From Planctomycetota bacterium (GTDB lineage Bacteria > Planctomycetota > GCA-002687715 > DRQF01): a stretch of 25,912 nt of DNA. Below are positions 10,354 to 18,148 of the stretch, piece by piece. Position numbers and translations under genes: made by a program. The first letter of the stretch is position 1; every line of letters begins with the position of its first letter. The stretch spans positions 1 to 25,912 of the forward strand of contig JAZGFI010000172.1 of NCBI GenBank assembly GCA_036479435.1, in the 5' to 3' direction. Below the pieces are notes generated by a model that did not search any database, was not told the origin of the DNA, and saw only the letters and a program-made list of their open reading frames with translations.

Positions 10354-11178
10354 TCAGCGCCCCGAGGGGCGGTAGAGCAGGTAGGTAAGGTCGTCGACCT
10401 TTGAAGGCTGATTGACGGCGTCGCTTTGGTTCATGCGGCGTTCGACAGCTTTGGAGAGCGTCCCCAACACGTCGACCAGGGCGCCTTTGCGACCGTAGTC
10501 GACGATTTCTTTGAGGTGCAGATTGTCGAAGAGACCATCGCTAGCGAGTACGACCGTGTCATACTGCGACAATTTTATCTCCGGCCCCAGGGCGACATGC
10601 ATGTCGGCGCTCCCGACACAATTACTGATGATGTGACGGTCTTCGTGATGAAGTGCTTCTCGCTCACTTAGGAGTCCGGCCTCCACCGCGTAGCCTGTCG
10701 GCGAGTGGCTCACGGTGTGCAGTTTTACCTTCCCGCGCTGGCCAAGGACCAAGATCTCAGAGTCGCCGACATGGAAGGGCCTCACCGAGCCGTCCTCGAT
10801 AAGCGCAACCGCCAAAGTCGTGGCCGCACCAGTACCAAGGGCCCGCACAGCTTCGTTGGCACGGTCAAAGGCCTCCAGCACCGTCGCGCGAAGATCTCCA
10901 GGGCCGGCAGCTCTCGAGGCAAAAGTAGCGCCCAGAGTCTCCAAGGCCGTTCGCGACGCCGACGCGCCACCCCGAGATCCTCCGAGCCCATCGGCAACTG
11001 CAAGCACGGCCGCGTTTTCGCCGGCAAACACCAACCCGGCACCGTCTTCATTCGCCCGTCCCTCGATCGGAGCCGCCCGCGAAAAAACACCAATTCGACC
11101 GCCGGCGAACTCGATTAGCTCGGCCTCCTCCATGTTGCACTCGAGGAAGAGTCGCAGGTCGTGTTTGGGCACGATCAA
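10354..11178 (-). CDS. PP2C/PPM-family Ser/Thr protein phosphatase (start TTG 11178 or ATG 11133)
   Basis: RANED, AVADGLGG, ATTL, HVGDS, LASDGLFD and DDLT: the metal-binding Asp motifs are present. TTGA overlap with the kinase stop. Confidence 0.93.
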   Translation of the reverse strand: MIVPKHDLRLFLECNMEEAELIEFAGGRIGVFSRAAPIEGRANEDGAGLVFAGENAAVLAVADGLGGSRGGASASRTALETLGATFASRAAGPGDLRATVLEAFDRANEAVRALGTGAATTLAVALIEDGSVRPFHVGDSEILVLGQRGKVKLHTVSHSPTGYAVEAGLLSEREALHHEDRHIISNCVGSADMHVALGPEIKLSQYDTVVLASDGLFDNLHLKEIVDYGRKGALVDVLGTLSKAVERRMNQSDAVNQPSKVDDLTYLLYRPSGR

Positions 11179-12461
11179 CCTCCGTCGATACCTTCAGAAC
11201 ACCAGGGACAAAAGCCCCAATAGTCATCCGCAACGCCCCATTCGCAAGTCGGACAGACGGTGTCGCGGGCCTCTAGGGTCCAAGCCTTGTTTTGCTTTCT
11301 GCGGCACCATGGGCAGTAGCGCGAAAATGCAACGCTTGGCCCGTGGCAAGAATCGCAGTGGCCTCGCTGGCGACAGTCCTTCAGGCGCGGTCCCTGCGAA
11401 TCGGAAATTCGGGCGCCGTAACACCATGCGCAATAGCGCCAGTCATTCTTCACGCCACGATGGCAACGAACGCAGCTCGCTCCGGGCGCGGATGCCTTTT
11501 CCGAGGGGGTGTCACTGCCGCACCATGGACAGCAAACCATCGATTCCGAAAGAAGCTCGTGGCAATGGCCGCATTCTCGGGTCAGCCCCAACTCCGCACC
11601 AAGGTCACTGACGAACTGGCGGCGTCTCACGACGCGCCAATCCGTTCGCGTCCTAGTCAGTTTCTTCCTCGGCGGCCGCCGCCCGTCGATCCGGATCTTT
11701 CCTTTCAGCGCGCGCCAAGCGTTCAGCATGACCTTGGCATCCGCGAATCGACGTTTGGGATCGAGTTCCAGGGCACGGTGCAAAAACGCCAAAAGCTCCG
11801 GTCCAAACTTCTTTCTGATCTTGGCGTCGCCAGGAAGAGGCGTTGCGAAGGGGTACTCTGGTAACTCACCCGACAACATCCGATGGATCAACAGTCCCAA
11901 GGCGAATACATCCGACCGGTAAGATGGTCGACCCATCGCCTGTTCTGGCGCGACGTATCCCAAAGTGCCCGAGCCCGAAGCGCGAATGGTCCGCGCCGCC
12001 ACTTTTGCGATCCCAAAGTCAGCGAGGCGAAGTTGGTCACCAGCGAAGAGGATGAAATTCTCGGGCTTGATGTCGCAGTGAATAATCTGATGCTGATGAG
12101 CGTAGGCCAGTGCCGCCTGGGCCTGTTCCGCGAAGTCGAGCGCGACGCGCGTCGCCAGTCGCCGGCGCAAGCGATCCGCCAGAGATTTTTCACCGAGGGG
12201 ATAAGCCACCACAAAATGGCCGCCCGCAATCGTGGCATTCTTCGGCGGCAAGATGTTGGGATGGTCGAGTTTGATCGCGTGGCGGACTTCGTTCTCCAAC
12301 GCGATCCGAGCATCGCCATCCAACTCACGCGGATGCGGGACTTTGAGTGCCACGGCGACGCCTTCGATCGTATCCTGCGCCTCAAACACGGACGCGAAGC
12401 CGCCGCCACCGATACGGCGGATGATGCGGTATTTCCCAATTCGCTGGCGCGCTCTCAGCAT
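11175..12461 (-). CDS. Hanks-type Ser/Thr protein kinase with four C-terminal zinc-ribbon repeats (likely start ATG 12461)
   Basis: IGGGGFASV, VALK, HPNIL, IIHCDIKPEN, LADFG, GTLGYVAPE, SDVFALG. Eight CxxC motifs lie in about the last 130 aa. No TM helix is visible. Confidence 0.95.
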   Translation of the reverse strand: MLRARQRIGKYRIIRRIGGGGFASVFEAQDTIEGVAVALKVPHPRELDGDARIALENEVRHAIKLDHPNILPPKNATIAGGHFVVAYPLGEKSLADRLRRRLATRVALDFAEQAQAALAYAHQHQIIHCDIKPENFILFAGDQLRLADFGIAKVAARTIRASGSGTLGYVAPEQAMGRPSYRSDVFALGLLIHRMLSGELPEYPFATPLPGDAKIRKKFGPELLAFLHRALELDPKRRFADAKVMLNAWRALKGKIRIDGRRPPRKKLTRTRTDWRVVRRRQFVSDLGAELGLTRECGHCHELLSESMVCCPWCGSDTPSEKASAPGASCVRCHRGVKNDWRYCAWCYGARISDSQGPRLKDCRQRGHCDSCHGPSVAFSRYCPWCRRKQNKAWTLEARDTVCPTCEWGVADDYWGFCPWCSEGIDGG

Positions 12462-12687
12462 CGTTCGAAACTCGACTCCGGCGGGGACTTTACGAGTAGA
12501 GGTCTCAATTCCAGGGCAAGGCCCAGCAATCCTCGATAATCCCGGGGACGTTTTTCGGCCCAATCTCCAAGATCGCCGAAATCAAGATCAATCTGAGAGG
12601 CTTGCGGTCTGACCTTCCACGACAGGGGCAGACAAGGCAGAATGGGACCGACACGCCAATCGCCATCTTGAGGCAGCACGAATTCCC

Positions 12688-15600
12688 ATGCGCTTGATTC
12701 TGTGTTTGTTGATTTCACTAACTTGCGCTCTCGCAAGGTCTCAGACCGGCGAACGCGGCCCCTGCCTTGATCCTGACAAAAGCCTCTATCACCACAAACA
12801 CCGCGTTTGGACCGTCAAGGACGGCTTGCCGCAGATGGCCGTGACGGCCCTGTGCCAAGATCATCTGGGCTTTTTGTGGGTGGGAACTCAGCAGGGTCTG
12901 GCCCGATTTGACGGCCAAGAATTTGTAACCTTCGGGCCTTGGAATTCCCCTGAGATCGGCGGCGGAGACGTCGCGGCGATCGCTGAAGATGAGGCCGGAA
13001 ACCTATGGGTCGCTAGTAACTCTGCAGGCCTCAGCATGCGGCGGCCAAACGGAAGCTGGCAGGCATTCAGCTCCGGCGATGGCTTGCCCCACAAGCGAAC
13101 AACTTGTCTGGATGTGCACCCAACTTTGGGGCTCCTTGTCGGCACGATCAGGGGGCTCGCGCGACGCCGAAACGACCGTTTCGAAGTGATCAGCGCGCTG
13201 GGGATGACGGACATTCAAGACCTGGCGCACGACGCGCAGGGAAAGCTGTGGATCGCGACATCGAGCGGGTTCATCAGCTTTCAGGACGACCACGTCCAAA
13301 TGGTGCCCACCCAGAACCCAAGGATCGGAGCACGCAGCATCGACATCGACGCTAGCGGACGGGTCTGGATGGCCGGGCCGGGCGCGATCGGCTTCAGCAA
13401 AGACGGCGAATACCACCGCCTCGAAACTCTGTCGCTTCCCGCTGGATTCGAGCCGACCTGCGTTCTTGCCACAGATCCAAATCAAGTCCTTTTGGGCAGC
13501 TTCCGCAATGGCTTGATTCGACTGCTGAACCACCCCATCAGCGGTTGGCGGCTGGAACGGGAAACCAAGCTGTTTCCGACCGCAATTAAAGCGATGATTC
13601 GAGGCCGTGAGAATACGCTTTGGATCGGCGCAGTCGGCGCCGGGCTCCACGCCCTTCGCGAGTCCAAGGCCCACACCCTGACCGCTCGAGATGGGCTGAG
13701 CGACACCATGGTTTGGGCCGTGGCCCAAAAGCGCGATGGTGCCCTTCTCATCGGCACGGAAGACGGTGGTCTCAACATCTACCGCGATGGCCAAGTGCAG
13801 ACCGTGGGCATTAAGCAGGGGCTACCCGCCATTGACGTTTTGTCGATTCTGGAGGATCGAAAGGGGCGAATCTGGCTCGGCTCCGCCGCCGGAGGAGTTT
13901 CGATTTGGGATGGAGAGCGCCTGCTCAAACTGCCAAAAGCCCTCCGCGGTCTCTCCCAAGGCGCGGTCTACAACATTCTTGAGGACCAGCGCGGACGCAT
14001 CTGGCTCGGCGGCTCAATGGGGCTTTGTCATTTCGATGGTGACGTTCTGACGCAAGTCGGTGCGGACGTCTTTCCCGGCACCGTTTGGAACCTAACTTTT
14101 GCGCGCGACGGCGGTCTTTTGGCTTGCGACCGCAACGGCGGCGTCTTTCGCATCGATGCAAAAGATGAGGTCGAGCTCATCGGCCTCCCGCCATCGATGC
14201 AACACACAATGCCTAGCGCCGCCATACCTTGGAAGCAAGGGCAACTCATCGGCAACTTCGGCGGCGAGTTGATCTACGTCTCCTCAAACCAGGTTTCGAG
14301 TTTCCGTATTCAGATCAACAAACTGCCCTGCGCGATCATGGGAATTCTTCGTGACACCGAAGACGACGAAGTCGTTTGGCTGAATGCATCGCGGGGTATC
14401 GTGAGATTGCGCCCGCAAGACCTCTTTGATTCCGGCAAAGACCACGGTGAAGTATCCAAGTTCGGCGGCAGCGTCATCGACTATTCCAACGGGCTTCGGT
14501 CTTTAGATCTCAACGGCGCTGGCGGTCAGAGCATCGTCCGTCTTCGCGACGGTCGTATCGCGATCCCGGGTAGCTCGGGCCTTGAGATCATCTCTGGCAA
14601 AGAGATTCATCGCAACACCGCCGCACCACTGGTAATCGTCAATCAAGTGACCTACTTGACCGAGGAGTACCACGAATTCGTTCCCAGCTCCGGTGAGGCC
14701 ATCAGAATTCCGCGCAACGCAAGTATCACGAGGTTCGACTACACCGCGACTTCTTTGGTTTATCCCGACAGCGTGCGTTTTCGTTACAAACTCGAAGGCT
14801 ACGACGAAGACTGGATCGATGCCGATAGCCGACGGAGCGCATTTTACACGGGAATCCCCGCTGGCGAGTTTCGATTTCGCGTCCTTGCCGCCAACGAAGA
14901 CGGTGTTTGGAATGAAGCCGGAACCGCGGTCAATATTGTTGTTCCACTAGCGTTCTACGAGTCCTTGTTCTTCCGTATCCTGATGGCCACGTTGGTGGTG
15001 CTCCTCGCGTACGTGGTCCTTCTCAACTATCTGCGCTCACGGCAGGTCAGATTGCGAAGCCTTGAGGCTTCGCATCCGAGTCATGAGATCGAACTTAGGG
15101 CGGACGAAATCAGCGCGGTCGAAGCCGACCTTTTGCGCACTCGTGACGAGCTAGAGGCGCGCGTCAAGCGACGTACGAGCCAGCTGGATAGTGCTCACGA
15201 ATCGCTGCAAGAAGACATCAAACAACGTCGTCGCCTCGAACGGCAACTCCAGCGGGCCAGGAAACTCGAAAGCGTCGGCCGTTTGGCCGGTGGCATCGCA
15301 CACGACTTGAACAACATGCTGACGGCCGTCTTGGGGTACGCCGACCTCATTCGTGCGGAACTCAAAGCCGGCACGACCGCGGCGGATGACGTCAACCAGT
15401 TGATCGCTGCGGGGCATCGCGCAACGAAACTAACCGAGCAGCTGCTGACTTTCGCACAGCGTAGAAAACCGAACCGGAGCAATTTTGACGTCAACGAACT
15501 CGTCCTCGAGCTCGACGGCGTCCTGCGCCAATTGATCGGTGCCGACATTGAGTTTGTGGTGATCCCCGCGAACCGGCCTCGGCCGGTCTTGGCTGACCCG

Positions 15601-16392
15601 AGTCAACTAGAACAGGTGTTGATCAACCTCGTCGTCAACGCCGGCGACGCTCAACCCCGCGGCGGCAAAATTGTTGTCGAGATCCTCAGCCGCAAGATCG
15701 GAGAGGAATCAGCCACCGGTCACTACGAAATCATGCCCGGAGATTTCGTCGAGATTAGGGTTACGGACCAAGGTACGGGAATGCCGCCCGAGGTCTTGGA
15801 ACGGTTGTTCGAGCCCTTCTTTACGACGAAAGAATCCAGCCACGGCAGCGGCCTTGGGCTTTCGATCTGCTACGGCATCGTTAAGCAAAACCGTGGGTTC
15901 ATCGAGGTCAACTCCGAAGTCGGTCATGGGACGTCGATTTCGGTGTACATCCCCTTGGGCAAAAAACTCGACCGTCAAACCGCAGACCGCCGCACCGCCC
16001 CGAGCGTTCGCGGCAGCGAACTCATCGTCCTGGCTGAAGACGAATCCTTGGTGCGCAAGATCACGGCGCGGGGACTTCGAGCCTTGGGCTATGAAGTCGT
16101 CGAGACTTCCCACGGCGAAGAGGCTCTTCGCAAGCTTGAGGAACTGAAAGACAAATGCCGCCTGGTGCTCACGGATGTCGTCATGCCGATCATGAACGGC
16201 ATGGAGTTGTCCCGTGAAGTCAGCGCTCTTCATCCCTCAATTCCGGTGATTTTCATGAGTGGATATGCTGGCGATCTTGCCGCCAAAGACGAGTTCCCAG
16301 AGTTGGGGGCTGCCTTCATCCAAAAGCCCTTTACGCCGAACGCTCTGGCATGCGTGGTGCGAAGAGTCTTGGACGCAGCGGCGCAGGACTGA
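12688..16392 (+). CDS. Hybrid sensor histidine kinase: signal peptide, two-component regulator propellers, Y_Y_Y, TM, HisKA, HATPase, receiver
   Basis: DGLP..V..L.QD..G.LWVGT repeats; FRYKLEGYDEDW..AFYTGIPAGEFRFRVLAAN; one TM helix; GRLAGGIAHDLNN; NLVVNA, DQGTGM, FEPFFTTK, GSGLGL; intact REC (LAEDE, LTDVVMP, MSGY, QKPF). Confidence 0.96.
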   Translation: MRLILCLLISLTCALARSQTGERGPCLDPDKSLYHHKHRVWTVKDGLPQMAVTALCQDHLGFLWVGTQQGLARFDGQEFVTFGPWNSPEIGGGDVAAIAEDEAGNLWVASNSAGLSMRRPNGSWQAFSSGDGLPHKRTTCLDVHPTLGLLVGTIRGLARRRNDRFEVISALGMTDIQDLAHDAQGKLWIATSSGFISFQDDHVQMVPTQNPRIGARSIDIDASGRVWMAGPGAIGFSKDGEYHRLETLSLPAGFEPTCVLATDPNQVLLGSFRNGLIRLLNHPISGWRLERETKLFPTAIKAMIRGRENTLWIGAVGAGLHALRESKAHTLTARDGLSDTMVWAVAQKRDGALLIGTEDGGLNIYRDGQVQTVGIKQGLPAIDVLSILEDRKGRIWLGSAAGGVSIWDGERLLKLPKALRGLSQGAVYNILEDQRGRIWLGGSMGLCHFDGDVLTQVGADVFPGTVWNLTFARDGGLLACDRNGGVFRIDAKDEVELIGLPPSMQHTMPSAAIPWKQGQLIGNFGGELIYVSSNQVSSFRIQINKLPCAIMGILRDTEDDEVVWLNASRGIVRLRPQDLFDSGKDHGEVSKFGGSVIDYSNGLRSLDLNGAGGQSIVRLRDGRIAIPGSSGLEIISGKEIHRNTAAPLVIVNQVTYLTEEYHEFVPSSGEAIRIPRNASITRFDYTATSLVYPDSVRFRYKLEGYDEDWIDADSRRSAFYTGIPAGEFRFRVLAANEDGVWNEAGTAVNIVVPLAFYESLFFRILMATLVVLLAYVVLLNYLRSRQVRLRSLEASHPSHEIELRADEISAVEADLLRTRDELEARVKRRTSQLDSAHESLQEDIKQRRRLERQLQRARKLESVGRLAGGIAHDLNNMLTAVLGYADLIRAELKAGTTAADDVNQLIAAGHRATKLTEQLLTFAQRRKPNRSNFDVNELVLELDGVLRQLIGADIEFVVIPANRPRPVLADPSQLEQVLINLVVNAGDAQPRGGKIVVEILSRKIGEESATGHYEIMPGDFVEIRVTDQGTGMPPEVLERLFEPFFTTKESSHGSGLGLSICYGIVKQNRGFIEVNSEVGHGTSISVYIPLGKKLDRQTADRRTAPSVRGSELIVLAEDESLVRKITARGLRALGYEVVETSHGEEALRKLEELKDKCRLVLTDVVMPIMNGMELSREVSALHPSIPVIFMSGYAGDLAAKDEFPELGAAFIQKPFTPNALACVVRRVLDAAAQD

Positions 16393-16428
16393 GCCCTAAG
16401 CACTCAGGAGTTCGGTGCAGATGATTTT

Positions 16429-17016
16429 TCAGCGTCGAGCGCCGCGTTTTCTCAGAATCTTGATTAGCAGGTCATTGTCCAAGACTTTCGCGTGACGCAA
16501 GGCCGTGTAACCGTCCGGCGACGCGAGAGTCGGGTCGGCGCCAGCATCCAACAGATGCCGGGCGGCCATCGCCGTGGCATCGGCCATTCCATCTCCCAAT
16601 CTCATCAGGGGAGTGTAGCCATCCTGGTCCCGTTGGTTCGGATCTGCACCGGCCATGGATAGCAGACGCAAGATTCGAATACGAGGTACTCGCGCCGCAC
16701 AAACCAAGTAAGTGCTGGTCCCGCAGGGCTTCTTAAGGTCGATGCCCGCGTCCACCAGCGCTTTGACGAGGACGAATCTGGATTCCCTGGCATCGTCACC
16801 AAGCGAAAGCTCGAGTAGGCTGCGGCCTGCGGGATCAAGAGTGTTGACGTCAAAACCTCGGCGCAGGTGGTAAGTCACCGCAGCCACATCGTTATGAAAG
16901 GCAGCCCTATGCGGCGGCAGCCAAGTCGTCCGCCTTTGGCTAAAGCCAATGGCTAGGCTCGCTCCAACGAATAAGATCAAACCGGCACCAATGGTAAGGT
17001 TACGACCCGTCGACAT
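16429..17016 (-). CDS. Ankyrin-repeat protein with an N-terminal hydrophobic anchor or signal
   Basis: AAAGGAAG before ATG 17016; hydrophobic segment LTIGAGLILFVGASLAIGF; about five ankyrin units (GFDVNTLDPAGRSLL, GADPNQRDQDGYTPL, GADPTLASPDGYTAL). Confidence 0.9.
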   Translation of the reverse strand: MSTGRNLTIGAGLILFVGASLAIGFSQRRTTWLPPHRAAFHNDVAAVTYHLRRGFDVNTLDPAGRSLLELSLGDDARESRFVLVKALVDAGIDLKKPCGTSTYLVCAARVPRIRILRLLSMAGADPNQRDQDGYTPLMRLGDGMADATAMAARHLLDAGADPTLASPDGYTALRHAKVLDNDLLIKILRKRGARR

Positions 17017-17162
17017 GGTGGCTTCCTTTGGAGTTGCTTCAAATCGGGAGTGGAACTCACCTTGGAACCGCGCCGCCGCGAGCACCCTTCCCACTGCGCG
17101 CTTATAACACGATGAGAAGTCGTCGCTCGGATAGTCAAACGATGGATAAGAACGGGAATGCA

Positions 17163-18065
17163 ATGAGGTCTTTGCCGCAGCCAGGGCTCAACCGAAGTCG
17201 TCGCGTCTTCATGGGGCAGCTCGCACTAGGCACGGGCCTCGTTTTGACGGGCTGCTCAAAGGCGAAGGACACGCCCTTCAGCGGTCCCAGCCGTCAAATG
17301 CGGCTCGGCCTGGCCACTTCGGGCTGGGGATCGAAGTGGCACCTTGATCGACTGTTGCGCAATTGCGAAAAGATCGGCATTCAGGGCGTCGAACTGCAAA
17401 TCGGCCAAGCCCACCGCATCACGCCTTCGCTTAGCGCCATGAGCCTTCGCGTCGTCAAAAACCAGTTTGCCCGAAGCAGGATCGAATTTGTCGGCTTCGA
17501 TTCTAATCTGGTCCTCGATCCGAATGACGGCGATGCCCTCCGCTCAAATGCCAACGGTGCCAAGGCCCTGGTTGCCTTGAGCGCCGAGCTGGGTGGAAGT
17601 GGAGTTCGCTTTCGTTATTCGGACGCCGCCGAACTCAAGACTTCCGAGCGACAACTACTCTTAGACGAGGTCCAAAAACTCGCCGATTTCGCTCATTCTA
17701 GGGGGCAAGAACTCCGACTTCAGCCGGCATCGGGCGGGCCGAAAAACCAACTTGCGAATTCTGACCTCATGAGGGCTTTCAGCGCGCGGAATGTCGGCAT
17801 CGCAAGCGCAATGGACTTCGATGCTCGTGACCTCCGCGCGAGTTTCGATCGGCGAAGAGACCAACTTCGATCGGCACTCTTGATCGGGTCGATTCGTGAC
17901 CGTGGCTTCCCCTACGAGCAATTAGCCCAACATTTGGTCGTCGCAGGCTTTTTGGGTTGGATTCTTCTTGAGGGTAGCGGCGAAGTCGCGGATGAGCTCT
18001 TGGCAATCGCTGAACATAGACGACGTTGGCTCGCCCTAGTTGCGCTGGCTCAAGACTCCCTGTGA
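17163..18065 (+). CDS. Tat-exported lipoprotein with a xylose-isomerase-like (AP_endonuc_2) TIM barrel and degenerate metal ligands (alternative start 17142)
   Basis: SRRVFM twin-arginine motif followed by lipobox LTG-C; family pattern MRLGL, GIQGVEL, AELGGSGVRF, GFLGWILLE. Confidence 0.8.
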   Translation: MRSLPQPGLNRSRRVFMGQLALGTGLVLTGCSKAKDTPFSGPSRQMRLGLATSGWGSKWHLDRLLRNCEKIGIQGVELQIGQAHRITPSLSAMSLRVVKNQFARSRIEFVGFDSNLVLDPNDGDALRSNANGAKALVALSAELGGSGVRFRYSDAAELKTSERQLLLDEVQKLADFAHSRGQELRLQPASGGPKNQLANSDLMRAFSARNVGIASAMDFDARDLRASFDRRRDQLRSALLIGSIRDRGFPYEQLAQHLVVAGFLGWILLEGSGEVADELLAIAEHRRRWLALVALAQDSL

Positions 18066-18148
18066 ATCCGAACGCGACTGGATGGTTGGTCAATCCCAAA
18101 TCAAGGCGGAGATAGGCATGATGGTCCCCTCTGCCGTAGGATGGGCGT

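Noticed and set aside
174..12461. One superoperon from the kinase through nqrM
   Set aside because: Same strand, but a 192-bp gap with its own good sigma70-like promoter precedes nqrA; co-transcription is unsupported.
12561..12594. Short direct repeats CAAGATC x2 and CAATCT x2 in the divergent region between the two kinase genes
   Set aside because: Too short and irregularly spaced to distinguish from chance.
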